The notes beneath the pieces are model-generated. The model made no database searches. It was not told where the DNA came from and worked only from the letters and a program-made list of their open reading frames with translations. A stretch of 64,000 nt of DNA from Lama glama (taxonomy: Eukaryota), in NCBI GenBank assembly GCA_028534125.1, contig CM052817.1:6450001-6514000 (forward strand), in the 5' to 3' direction. Positions within the stretch are counted from its first letter, which is position 1, and each line of letters opens with the position of its first letter. Of the stretch, positions 24,785 to 37,680 are shown one piece after another. A program made the translations under genes and the position numbers.

Positions 24785-25130
24785 CGAGAACAGTTGAATA
24801 AACCAGCAATGCTTACACTGAAAAATGAAGACCAAGATAGCTGTTATTAGCTTTCCTCAATATGAGAAGGCCTTTCATGCATACATAAGGTCTGACTAAA
24901 TTTACAAGGTTTCAAGGAAATAAACTTGGATGAAGGGATAGATAGATGGATAGGTGGCTGGATGGACTGTGGATATAATATGATAAAATAAAATTGACTC
25001 AAAATAAGAAAGACATCTATGACAGGGTAGCCTTAAAAACATGGTATGCCTCCATTGACCATGCACATGGGGATGCCTACATAATGGATAAATGATAGAT
25101 GTGATTCAAGCACCTAATGGAGGTTTAACA
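24785..25130 (+). mobile_element. CR1/L3 LINE fragment 3 (3' end)
   Basis: 'gaacagttgaataaaccagcaatgcttacactgaaaaatgaagac...ctcaatatgagaaggcctttcatg' resembles L3 'gaacggttgaaggaactggggatgtttagcctggagaagagaagac...ttcaaatatttgaagggctgtcatg'. Confidence 0.6.
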
Positions 25131-26479
25131 AAACATTTTTTAAAAATAATTTTTTATAGTTGGCTGAAGGATTATGTCTTTGGTAGTTTCTAAGAACTAG
25201 CTATATATTCCTGAAAAGGACTGCACTAATCTCGTGAGATAAACAATCTGCCTCTATCAGTATCACACCATCAGGGAGAAAGCAAAAAACAATGTATGTG
25301 ATGCTCAGATGTTGGAGCGCGACATCTGTCTGCTGCAGACAGCTCGGACGCTTGCTCGCTATTCAGCCGTGTCTAGAGGCGACTGTGTATGTAAGGGGGT
25401 CAGGAGGTTGTTCAGGCTTATGATCTCAATGTGGAATATAATTGTCATAAAGCTTTTAAATGGCTTTATGTGAACTAAAGGAAGCACTGGGTTGAAATGC
25501 ATTTTATACTACTCATTTATAGTGTAGGACTCTCCCCCTGAAGGTTTCTCCTACAGAATATTTTTATATAAAGAGCTGGGAGGTGACAAGAGTAAACAAA
25601 TTGCTTCTGAAAAAGAAGAGAAAATGAACTTCCAAGTCAATGGGAGCATATTTCACAGGACTATTTCTCCTTGGCTTTTGTGTTGCTTTTTCATGCTATA
25701 ATGTTGTTATTGCTGTGATTTTTATGCCAGGATTAGGAGAAGTAGCACCACTCTTTGTAGGCACCTGGTCACTAGAAACTGACCTTTGAATAAACTCATG
25801 AATACTTGAACTGAGAGCATTTACATCTGTCACAGAGCTCATCGAAAGCACCTGCCAACCTCATTCTGTTTATCTATAAATTATACACACATTGTACCTG
25901 TGTGACATTGAATTTTCTGCAGTTAAGCACTCCTGGAAACACTTTTGACACTTGAATAAACTACTTTTGATCAGCCCAGAATACATGGCTGGTGAAAAAG
26001 GAAAATGGGAAAAAGATGAAGAGATACTTATCTCATTATTCCAGGCAAAAGGAAGAGAGGGCACTATTTTTCTAATTATTAACAGATCAGGGCAGAAGGA
26101 CTGATCACAAAGGAAGAGGTAAAGAAAGTTGTGGATGTGAGCTTTGTAGCAACTTATGAACGGAAAAAATTACACAGCGGCTTTGTTGCAAACCAAGGCT
26201 GTCTCTCAGCTAAATGAAAAGTAGGAGAGAAGACCAAGAGAAGTAACAGGGAGTCAAAAATTGTCTTCAGAGCATTGCAAAGCACTGCACAGTAATATGA
26301 GCCATAGCAAATCAGTGAATTGCGGTAAAAGTGGAAAAATATTCTGTGCCAAAAGTATGCTTTTAGATTGATTTAGTGACTTTTGTAATGATAGCACATG
26401 GTAGCAACCCATCAGTTACTGCATTAACTGTTCTGCAGGAGAGTAATGAAAACTCCGGCATCAATTCCTCGGGAGGGGA

Positions 26480-26715
26480 TAGAGTGTACCTCTCACGGAG
26501 ATGCTAGATGTGAAACCCTGAGTTCAGACAGTCATGTATTCAAGCCTCAGTTCTGCTGCCAACTAACAGTGGGACCACTGACACATCTTTTAATCTCTAC
26601 AAAACTTTTTCCTTCATCTATAATATAAGGTTAATAATTTATTTTCAGCGAATGTCAGTACATAAGATAAAATGTTTTAACTTCTAGGTATAACGTAGAT
26701 GTTCAATAAATATTT
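26480..26715 (+). mobile_element. MIR SINE
   Basis: 'ttcaagcctcagttctgctgccaactaacagtgggacc...cttcatctataatataagg'. Confidence 0.7.
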
Positions 26716-26884
26716 CTTTCTTTCTTTTCCATTGGAAATTCTGTAATCTTAAATTAACATTATAATTTTCAGTGTTGGTTAACTGTGGGTCATTTGGTTA
26801 ACTCTATAAGGATGCATATTTTTATCAACAGAATCTGTGACCTATAATTTCATTGTGTTGGGTAAGGGTCAGACACGTGAGTGG

Positions 26885-27120
26885 TGTGACTTCAGCCTTG
26901 GGGCTGAATCCAAATTCTAACACTTGGGCAAATTATGCTGTGTGACCTTAAGCAAGCTACTTAACCTCTCTGTGCCTCCATTGTCTCAACTATAGAATGA
27001 GGATGAGTGCTTACCTCAAAGGAATATTAGGAGGATTGAATGCATTAATACTTGTAAAATTCTTAGAATAGAGACTGGCACAGAGTAGGTCTCATATAAG
27101 TATTTGTTAAATAAATAAAT
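26885..27120 (+). mobile_element. MIR SINE
   Basis: 'gctgtgtgaccttaagcaagctacttaacctctctgtgcctc...cttagaatagagactggcacagagtagg'. Confidence 0.92.
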
Positions 27121-27460
27121 TTTGCAATTTCAATAAGAAGCATCACTACCTCATTAACAAACAAATATTTACCTAACTCCCTCCCCCAACCCCCACAACC
27201 TCACACGAAAGTAATAACAGTTCTTTTCCCTTTAGAAACTGAGAACAAACCAGATGGGCGACCCTTCAGGTCTTTTGTATCACTTAACTGCAATGCAGTT
27301 TAAAAACAAACAGAATCCATGTTCTAAATGTTCAAAATGACACACCTGGTTTCCTAGTAGGGAAAAAGGTCAAATCTACATATTATTATAATTTGATGCA
27401 CAACAAACAGCCTTGGCTGGATTGTGCGGGAAGTACCATGGATCTTCCAAAGAAGAGAGA

Positions 27461-29063
27461 TTTATTTTTCTTTTTTTTTTTTGCATTTTTTATTGATTCA
27501 TAATCATTTTACAGTGTTGTGTCAAATTCCAGTGTTCAGCACAATTTTTCAGTCATTCATGGACATATACACACTCATTGTCACATTTTTTTCTCTGTGA
27601 TTTATCATAACATTTTGTGTATATTTCCCTGTGCTATACAGTGTAATCTTGTTTATCTATTCTACAATTTTGAAATCCCAGTNNNNNNNNNNNNNNNNNN
27701 NNNNNNNNNNNNNNNNNNNNNNNNNNNNNNNNNNNNNNNNNNNNNNNNNNNNNNNNNNNNNNNNNNNNNNNNNNNNNNNNNNNNNNNNNNNNNNNNNNNN
27801 NNNNNNNNNNNNNNNNNNNNNNNNNNNNNNNNNNNNNNNNNNNNNNNNNNNNNNNNNNNNNNNNNNNNNNNNNNNNNNNNNNNNNNNNNNNNNNNNNNNN
27901 NNNNNNNNNNNNNNNNNNNNNNNNNNNNNNNNNNNNNNNNNNNNNNNNNNNNNNNNNNNNNNNNNNNNNNNNNNNNNNNNNNNNNNNNNNNNNNNNNNNN
28001 NNNNNNNNNNNNNNNNNNNNNNNNNNNNNNNNNNNNNNNNNNNNNNNNNNNNNNNNNNNNNNNNNNNNNNNNNNNNNNNNNNNNNNNNNNNNNNNNNNNN
28101 NNNNNNNNNNNNNNNNNNNNNNNNNNNNNNNNNNNNNNNNNNNNNNNNNNNNNNNNNNNNNNNNNNNNNNNNNNNNNNNNNNGCTTGGTTAGATTTATTC
28201 CTAGATATTTTATTACTTTGGGTGCTATTTTAAAGGGGATTGTTTCTTTACTTTCTTTTTCTGTTGATTCATCGTTAGTGTAAAGAAATGCAACTGATTT
28301 TTGAACATTAATCTTGTAACCTGCTACCTTGCTGAATTCTTTGATCAGCTCTAGTAGTTTTTGTGTGGACTTTTTAGGGTTTTCTATATATAGTAACATG
28401 TCATTGGCATATAGTGACACTTTTACCTCTTCTTTTCCAATTTGGATCCCTTTGATTTCTCTCTCTTGCCTGACTGCTGTGGCTAGAACTTCCAAAACTA
28501 TGTTGAATAGGAATGGTGATAGTGGGCAGCCTTGTCTTGTCCCAGATTTTAGTGGGAAGTTTTTGAGTTTTTCACCATTAGTACTATGCTAGCTGTAAGT
28601 TTGTCATATGTAGCTTTTATGATGTTGAGATATGTTCCCTCTATACCCACTTTGATGAGAGTTTTTATCATAAATGGGTGTTGAATTTTATCAATTGCTT
28701 TTCTGCATCTATTGAGATGATGATGTGGCTTTGGTCCTTTCTCTTGTTGATGAGATGTATTACATTGATTGATTTGCGTATGTTGAACCACCCTTGTGTC
28801 CCTAGGATGAACAACATTTGGTCATGATGTATAACCTTTGTTATGTGTTGTTGGATTCTATTTACTAATATTTTGGTGAGGATTTTTGCACCTATGTTCA
28901 TCAGTGATATTGGCCTATAATTCTCTCTTTTGGTAGTGTCTTTGCCTGGTTTTGGTATCAGGGTGATGATGGCTTCATCGAATGAGTTTGGGAGTACTAA
29001 GAAGAACTCATACTAGTCCTTCTCAAACTCTTCCAGAAGATTGAAAAAGAGGGAATATTCCCA
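27461..29063 (-). mobile_element. Young lineage-specific L1 (poly-A tail, 3'UTR, gap, RT domain, short 5' inversion); inactive
   Basis: Minus ORFs give ORF2p RT peptides ('[39 protein letters not shown]', '[18 protein letters not shown]', '[12 protein letters not shown]') in different frames; poly-T at ~27464-27492. Confidence 0.95.
27683..28182. other. Assembly gap (500 N)
   Basis: Run of exactly 500 n. Confidence 1.
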
Positions 29064-29261
29064 TCTCTACTGATAGCTTGATGCTCACAGTACATCTGTA
29101 AAAGGTAGGCATCCCATTACTCTTGAGTCCTGGCTCTCATTCCCATGAACAGAGTGAATTATCTCCAATTGTTGTGTGAGGCAGGCTAAGGACTAGGGGT
29201 GTTAAGGGGCCACATAGTTTCTAAAACATCCCCTTGTATCCTAGGAAAATAGTGAATCATA

Positions 29262-29822
29262 TATTTTTTTAAATTGAAGCATAATTGACATAACATTATA
29301 TTAGTATCAAATGGACAATTTAATGATTTGATATTTGTATATATTTCAAAATCATCACCACAATTATTTTAGTTAACATCCATCACCTGTATAGTTACAA
29401 ATTCTTTTTTCTCATAATGAAAACTTCCAAGAGCTACTCTCCTAGCTACTTTTAAGAATGCAATCTGGTGCTACTAACTATAGTCACCATACTGGGCATT
29501 CCTCAAGACTTCATTTTATGACTGAAAAGTTTGCTCCTCTTCACCCCTCTCACCCACTCCTCACCTCATCCTCAGCTTGGGCAACCACCAATCTGTTGTC
29601 TATATCCATGAGTTCAGCTTTTGTTTATTTGTTTGTTTCTTTTAGACTCTACATATGGTATTTATCAGTTTCCCTGATGTCTCATTTAGCATAATGCCCT
29701 TAGGTTCAATCTACGTTGTCACAAGTGACAAGGTTTCATTCTTTTTTGTGCATGAATAATACTGTATATATATACTGCATGTTATTTATCTATTCATCCA
29801 TTGATGGGAATTTATGTGATTA
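29262..29822 (-). mobile_element. L1 3' end (L1MA9/10-like)
   Basis: 'ttttaaattgaagcataattgacataacattatattag...agttaacatccatcacc...gcaaccaccaatctgtt'. Confidence 0.85.
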
Positions 29823-29899
29823 CCTTTTTCTTGTTTATCATGTTCATTAGCTTAATTTGGTCCAGAAATCTAACCTTGCCCCTCACTTTGGGGATATCT

Positions 29900-30124
29900 A
29901 ATTTCTGCCCAGTCTAGCACTGTGCATTTCCAAGGGTGCCTTGTCACTTACAGATGGTATAACTACAAATGCTTAACTTCTGATTATTTATTGTCTCACT
30001 ACTAGTGTCCTATGAAAGTCTTGGAGGGAGGGACCATGGCTTAGTATCTCTGCATCTCTAGAATGTAGTACAAAGTCTTGTACCTGGTAAGTGTCTGAGG
30101 GACATTGAATGAATGGATGAATGT
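29900..30124 (+). mobile_element. L2 3' end
   Basis: 'ggagggagggaccatggc...tctctgcatctctagaatgtagtac...ttgaatgaatggatgaatg'. Confidence 0.7.
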
Positions 30125-30494
30125 CTCCTTTCCCCACTACAGAGAAAAAAATTGGCTGAGACTATGATATGAATGTTATGCTATGGAATGAAAGGCCATG
30201 TCTACTCCCAGCAGGGTTGAATAGTGATCTGTTTTTTCTTGAAGTGATAGTCTAGGTAACCTTAAGGACAACCTTAAATTGTCTTATCTGAATTTCTAGC
30301 AACTGCAAACCTTTATGAGCTGGAACGTATAGCCTCTGCATTTCTGAATGCTTTCCATTCAATTACACAAATAAACATATTTTTGTGCCTTTATATTCAT
30401 ATAAACTGGGTTATCTGTTCCTTTTTCTACATTGTCCAGATATATTTTTCTACTTTGAGGACTTCAAAAATTTTAGGAATGTGAATAGATACAA

Positions 30495-30720
30495 TGGAAA
30501 AAAAAAACTGAGCAGAAACAACACTTGACTGTCAGAATCAGGTACACATGGATTTGAATCCTGGCTCTGTCATTTGCTAGGTGTGTGACCTTGGAAAAGT
30601 TACTGGAATACATTGAGATGATCTTTCTTCATATGAAAATAATTACACTAGTCCCCATGAAATAATGTATGTTAAGTCCTTAGCATAGTGTTCAGCACAT
30701 CATGGGTGTTCAATATATTT
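30495..30720 (+). mobile_element. MIR SINE
   Basis: 'ggatttgaatcctggctctgtcatttgctaggtgtgtgaccttggaaaagtta'. Confidence 0.9.
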
Positions 30721-30794
30721 TATAGCCTCTATTCTGCTTTTTTAATAGAAAAGACTGGGCAGAAATCCATCCACTGAAAATATATTAATGCTGG

Positions 30795-31200
30795 AACGCA
30801 TTCACTTACAGGTATTTTTAAGCACTTGTACCGTTCTTGGCTTCTGATTAGGCACTGGGATGTGGTGTGTCACTGGCGGAACCAGCTCCTGCCCTTATGG
30901 AGACCAAAGATGATAATCAATCATGCATCAAACAAATGGGAACCAAGTGCCCAAAGTGTCAAGACAGTAGACTCTCCCACTTAAGAGTCCTTTGAGGAAA
31001 GGCTCATGTGAGAGGGAGCCTGAAGGACTCTTAATGAGGAGAGGCAAGTTCCAGGACAAATAAGAGGCACACAGTGTGAATCAAAGTCCCTTTGTCTAAA
31101 ACACTGCACTGTTTTGGGATAAAGGAACTTGTCCAAGGTGACCTTTGTGCCTGCAGCCAGTGCTGAACCTGCTTCCTCAGAGAAGATGGACAAGTGCCAG
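30795..31200 (-). mobile_element. L2 3' region
   Basis: 'cattcacttacaggtattttaagcac...aggcactgggatg...ctcctgcccttatggag'. Confidence 0.7.
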
Positions 31201-33179
31201 GCAGTCAGTCCCTTGGTCTTCAACAAATATAAATATTATCATTCCGCTGCTGTGAAAATAAAGTTCTCTGGTTAATCGACTTCCTTGAGATAATAAATCA
31301 CTTAGCCTGAGGTCTGGTGTGAGCAGGGGCCCCCAAAGACAGGGCGGTGTGTCCAGCATTAGTGAAACGGCTGGCAAGGAACTTTCTCTGCCAGGAAATA
31401 ATCTCCAGGTGTTTCCTAGAACAGTTCTGATCTCTTTGTGGACTATCTTGGGAGAAATTCTGAGGTTATCCCATTCAGTTGCTTATCTGATGGGACACTT
31501 TTTCAGACGTCCATCACCTGCTAACAGGAAGCAAAGATGGATGAGATAGAAATCCTGTGAAATACACCACTCACACATTTGATGTCCTTTTCTGAATTAC
31601 TTTTCTGTCTTCTACCTGGAATCCCCACCCAACCTTTTAATCTTTGCTTATTGTTCTCTCACAGTCTGGGGTCCTTAACACAATGCATCCTGAATCAAAC
31701 AGTAATCCCTAAGACCCCGCCTGGAAGTGAAAGCTGGTTTGTAAACCTGAGTTGAGCAATCATTAACGTTTGCACACAGACCACAAGATCTATGTAAGAA
31801 GGGAAAGTGAGGTTGCCTTCGCCACATCTCAGTGGAAAACAGCAGATGTTACAACACAAATGTGGGCTTTGGGGTCAGATTGAATGGAGTTGATTTTGTC
31901 TTCTTGTTGTGTCGACTTGGTCAATTACTTAAATTCTCTAATCTCGGGTCCTCGATTGGAAGAGAATAACACAGCTCAACTTGTGAGGTTGTTGGGAGGT
32001 TTCAGGGAAATGACAGAAGCTCAGAAACATGGTCTAGCTGCTTATAATGGGGTGTCTTTTCTCCCTTCCCTCCCTATGTTTGTTTGCTTGGCTCAGACTC
32101 CAAGTGTGTGCATGCAGGTTCTTCCATTTCTTCATGAAACCAACACACTTGAAGCAAAGGGTGCTCCTTCAGGCACAAGCCATTTTACTTTGTGCAGAGA
32201 AGTCCCAAGGACTTCTGCTCCTGCAGAGAAAATCATCTCTCTTGAGTTTGAGAATGGCTTTGGGTGACAGGTGTGCATGATTTGGCTTTCAGAACTCTTG
32301 TGGCTGCAAGGTGAGAAATGGCCAGCTTCGTTTCTCCTGCTCCTCATCTCCTGTCAGAATTTCCCTGATCAGATTTCCCCTCACCTGCAATTAGCAACGG
32401 GCGGCCTTTAAAAGCACGGTGACACACTGAGCTTTTTACTTGTCTTTCATGGGAGACCTAAATGCACCTTGACTCTAATAAACCTGGAATTAGCCCATTT
32501 TATCAAGTTGTAGACTAACAGAAGGATGAGAAATCACACACATACAAAAAAAAAAAAACCACCACCACACTATCCGTTAACTTCAGGACCAGCTTGAAGT
32601 CTCTGCCAGACGCCTCAGCCACACCATACATTCCTAACACGAGCACCAAACAGACCTTAGTTTCCTTGTGTGTGGGTTTCTTGTTTCACGTGACTGTTCA
32701 GTTTAATGATTGTATCCATCGCTACGAAAATGTCTGTCCCTGATGGGTATGTTAGGCTCATATTAATATTTTATTCTTCTTCTTCACTAACTCAGTTTCA
32801 GGTGTGCTGGATTCCAGTGTCTGAAATTAAACTGTACTTTTTGAATTTAAAGTGGACATTTTGGATATATTTGTGTTATTTCAGTGCACCTCTTATATCT
32901 CAAAATCAGCAATATGATAATACGTGAATTATCCTATTTGTAGGCCTAATATGATTATCCATGTGAACAGTGATTCATAAGTGTGTGTATATACACACAC
33001 ACACACACGTACATATACAACCTCCATATGTATATACACAGGCTAATACTGTTTCAGAGCTATACAGCCTGAGCCTGCTAACCTCCATCTCCCCGTGCAC
33101 TGCACCAGGACATCACTGAATGCCTGATTGGAGAGGTGATCTTCAGAAATTGTTACTGCAATTCTCAAACAGAATCACG

Positions 33180-33425
33180 GTGAGGAAGACCAGCTCTGGT
33201 CCTAGACTGCCTGGGTTTGCCTTGACTGCCACCACGTACAGACTCTGTGACACAATAGGGCAAGTTACTGACTCTTTGCTTCCCTTTTATCATCTGTAAT
33301 AGGAAGGGAAATTGTATCTACTTCAAAAGGTTGTTGTGAGGATTTAACAAGATATGAGCTTCCAATATAACAGTGTCTGGTTCAAAGGAATCACTCAATA
33401 CATGTTAACAGTAATTTATTATATT
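33180..33425 (+). mobile_element. MIR SINE
   Basis: 'agactgcctgggtttg...gggcaagttact...catctgtaatagg...ggttgttgtgaggattta'. Confidence 0.85.
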
Positions 33426-33964
33426 GCCTGTGAAAAAACTGAGGTCCAGCTAGGGCATGATCTGCTCCCCGCTTCCACCCCCACCATCAAGTCCACAGCA
33501 TGAGTTATGGGATGAACCCAGGCTAAGAAGTAAGTTTCCAAATAATCGCTCTTTAACCATTCTTTGCTCTGTCTGTGACACTTCACTCACAGACTGAAAT
33601 ATCTTTTGCCCTTCTGAGCTTCACAAAAGAATCCTTCATCCAGGAAATAAATACATCTGCCTGAACTCAATCTGGGTATGTGGTCTGTGACCTTGAAGAG
33701 AACAAAGTCCAATGGCGGACCTAGACAAAGAAATACACAGTTTCAATATTAGAAAATATTGAAGTGGATGTTGCACTCAGGACTGCAGTGGTCCGTTCTG
33801 CTGTACAGGTGGGTGTGGGATGAGTGCTGAATGGTTCGTAGAAGAAGGGACTCCTAAGTTGTCATGAAAGATGTGTCAGAGCATGTCAGGAGGAAACTAA
33901 CATGATGGGGGAAAGGCACGATGAGTCTCATTATTCACACATGGGTGTACATGTGCAACACACA

Positions 33965-34490
33965 TTGTCCCCTAGTCCAAGCTACATTCAGTTTTTATCT
34001 GGGATATTGCAGTTGCTCCCTGACTGGCCTGTCTTCATACAAAGCTTACTCCTAGCTTGTAATCAGAAGGATCTTTTGAAAATGCAAATTTGATCACGAC
34101 TCCACACTAGGACACCTGCCCAGCAACTCTCATGTGACCACAAGACGCTACATGATCTGTTTGCTGTTTTTCTTACAGACTTCACTCACTCCATCTATCC
34201 CCTGCTCTCTGAGGTCCAACCAGACGTTCTTTACCTCTTACTGAAAACCCCACTTCTCTAGGACTCCCGGCCTCAGAGCACAGAGCAGGTGCCTTTATTA
34301 CCACCTCTGATGGCACCAGAAGGTATACCCTCTTCTCAGCGCATTTTCCAGGTTGCACTGCATCTCCATAGGTGTGATGATTTTTACCAGGCTTCCCTAG
34401 TGGTCTTAAGCTTTTATTTGCCACTGCTTCCCAAATCCCTAGCATGTTGAATGGGACATAATAAATACTCCATTAAGTTTTGACGATGGG
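33965..34490 (+). mobile_element. L2 LINE fragment
   Basis: 'ggatattgcagttgctccctgactggcctgtc...gatcttttgaaaatgcaaatttgatcacg'. Confidence 0.7.
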
Positions 34491-34504
34491 ATGAGTACTG
34501 TGCC

Positions 34505-35822
34505 ACTTAAAGGTAGTGGCCCCAATATCAGCTCTGTACAAGGAAGAGTGATCAAATGAGGAGCTACATCAAGTATAATGGGAGACAGTTTTCTCCCACT
34601 GGAGAAGGGAGCTGCAAACAAGAAAAGGGAGAAGGCTACACTGAACCCTGCAGTGTTGTGTATGGATTGGAGTTTGTGTGTGTGTGTGTGTTGAACTTCT
34701 AGTTTTAAATATAAATAGATAGAAAAACTAGATGTAAATGTGTGTGAGAGTACACATACATATATTCCTCAGCTCCATCTACTGAGGGGGACTGGTTCCT
34801 TAGCTATGTCCCTGGGAGGACTGAAACAAGAGCCACCTAGATCCCAGATCTTGGATTCTGAATACTGTTATCCAAAGAGGTACCAGTGCTTGTTGGAAAA
34901 TATCTGATTCCATGGCTGAAACCAAGAAAATATAAGATGAATCTGAAACATCTTGTTATATGATAAGGTAAGACAGTGCTTAAGGAATAATAGGGGCAAG
35001 TCAAAGTACATAGAAACCAGGTTCATGAGGATTCTAGTGGCCAAATCTGGAAAAATCTTGAGCATCAAAATAATGATGATGATGCAGGATTATAACTCAT
35101 TGAATAAACTATGAAGCCATGAGTATATACTGATCAAAATTGTATATGTGATATACATTTTTTAAAGTTTGATGGAAATGTTATAGTCTTAAAATTACTC
35201 CCCACTCCCTATTTACTGATTTCAAATGGAAGAAGAGTGGGTTTACAGTGAAGGAGTAGGACAGAGACCGACTTAATCAAGAAATCAAAATGAGCATGAC
35301 TTACTCCTTATGAGAAAAAGTAAAATTGTGTGTCAACTGATGGGATGCAATGAGAATTTGGCATCAATTCTATGATATTCTTGCCAAAAAATGCATAACC
35401 CAAAACATAAATAAACATCAAACAAAGCCAAATTGAAGGACATTCTACACATTCTATGAAATAGTTGGCTTGTAATCTTCAAAAATGTCAGTTATGAAAA
35501 TCAAAGACTGAGAAATTCTTATAGATTGATGGAAACTAATGAGAAGTGACAACCAAATGTAACTTCTAACCATGAACTAGATCCTTTTGTTCTAGAGGAC
35601 AACTGGGAACATTCGAATAGTGTGTAAATGTTAGATGGTAATGCATCAGTGTTCATTTTCTGACTTGAATGTTTGTGCTGTGGCTATTTGGAAAATGTCC
35701 TTCTTGTTAGGATAAAATATTGAGTTGTGATGGAGTACCATGCCCATTGGTTCAAGGGAAAAAAACTTCTTTATTCTGTACTTACAAATTTTATGTTAAT
35801 TTGAGATTATTTCAGAATGAAA
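34505..35822 (+). mobile_element. L1MC4-like long 3'UTR
   Basis: 'ttttctcccactggagaagggag', 'cccagatcttggattctgaatac', 'aaagccaaattgaaggacattctaca', 'catcagtgttcattttctgac'. Confidence 0.8.
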
Positions 35823-37402
35823 AGGAGAAAATTTGATACCCTTCAAAGGAGGTAAAAGAAAATAGGAAAGAAGGAGGGAAAGAAGGGAAGAAGAAAGAGA
35901 GGGAAGTTTAAAAAGGGCAGAGGAAAAGCTCAAACCAATGAGCCAAATTCAGCTTGCAATCTGTTGCTGTTTTTTTTTTTAATAATTTTGAACTAAGAAT
36001 GCTTTTTACATTTTAAGTGGTTGAAAAAATCAACATAATAATAATATTTTTGGATGCATGAAAATTACATGGAATTCAAACTCCAGTGTTCATCAGTAAA
36101 GCTTACAAGAACACAGCCATTATCACTGGTTTACTTATCATCTGTGACTGCTTTCATACACGACAGAGTGAGTAGTTGGGAGAGAGACTGTGAGTGGTCT
36201 TTTAATTACTCCGCACTCTTGGTTGGCATGGAATTAGTTGCAGGCATAGTTATACCTCAGCAGGGGTTTGAGTTTCATAGATGTCACCATAGTACTTTAT
36301 TTCATTAATTTTCAATGCATCCCACCTTGTCAAAACAAAAAAAAAAGAAGAGAAAAAATGGACATCACATTACTTTTATGGCATAGTGGAGTGTGGATTA
36401 TTGTACTATCAAACTAGATGTCAAAATATTGAATTTCTTATGTGATGACATGGTAGCTACGCTGAAGGAATGCAGTCTACATCAATATTACCTGGCCATG
36501 CACTCATAATATTCCTAACCTACAGGAAGGTAACCATCAGCAACATTAGAACATTTGAAACTGAGTCTCCCATCACAGCAAAATTTCTTCATAAAAGTAA
36601 TACATGAAAATGAAATTTCAAAAGAAAAGCAAATTTTTGAGTGGCTTATTTGTGTGCCAAGCTACACAAAACATTCACCAACCACGAGTTAATTAAATTA
36701 CGGTTGAATGCAGCAGCCGAAGACACTATCCAGAGAAAATAAACTTCAGGCTCTTAGCTTTTTGTGAGGAGAGTTGATGGAAGAGTTGAGGATATTGGGA
36801 GAACCATCAATAGTCAGTTACATTTCTTCAGGTGGTCTCCCTGTCTCTTGATGAGTCTACAGATGTTACTAATTCTGCTCAATAATTGTTTATTTGAAAA
36901 GTCTGTACTGAGTTCTATGTGCTGAATAATTAGCTTCCATCATTAGTCTGAATGGGAAAACTATAGATGAGAATTTTTTTAAGAGGTAAACAGTAATTCT
37001 AGTACAACCTGAAGTGGAATCTGCTAAGATTTGTTATGCTTAATGGTGGTGTAAGTAGGTGTAAAAAAAAAGGTGTTTTTTTTTCCGGAGGAGAAAAAAA
37101 AGAAGGTTTACTTGGTATAATTTACAAAATTTGTCAAAATGTGAGATATTAGAAGCCTAGGTTATTAATTGTATTCAAGGATTACTTTGTGGAAACTATA
37201 TGAACCTCTCGTGTTATTGAACTAATAATGTCAGCAGTGTAGTTCATTTGCTCTCATGAACTTAACCATTGTCAGTTCTGTAAATTTTTTGGAGGAGGCA
37301 GAACTAAAAGCTGATTATCCTGAATTTACCAGCAGTTCACTGGCTTTGAGTTTTATTATAATTGTTTGAGCTCCAGGCCAAGATAAATTTTTTTCTGAAT
37401 AG

Positions 37403-37680
37403 GAAACAGAAACAGACTCATAGACATAGAATACAAACTTTTGGTTGCCAAGGGGGTGGGGGTGGGAAGGGATAGACAGAATTTCAAAATTGTAGAATAG
37501 ATAAACAAGATTATACTGTAGAGCACAGGGAAATATACACAAGATCTTATGGTAGCTCACAGAGGAAAAAATGTGACAATGAATATATATATGTCCATGT
37601 ATAACTGAAAAATTGTGCTCTACACTAGAATTTGACACAACATTGTAAAATGATTATAAATCAATTAAAAAAAAAAAGAA
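37403..37680 (+). mobile_element. Young 5'-truncated L1 3' end inserted in Cheshire
   Basis: 'aaacagaaacagactcatagacatagaatacaaact...tgacacaacattgtaaaatgattataaatcaattaaaaaaaaaaa'. Confidence 0.92.

Noticed and set aside
27519..28495. Longest ORFs in the track (254, 200 and 277 aa)
   Set aside because: Their length comes from reading through 500 N; the real parts are L1 3'UTR antisense or an L1 RT fragment
35840..35930. Polypurine tract (also ~3160-3250 and ~8080-8120)
   Set aside because: Ordinary low-complexity GA-rich sequence
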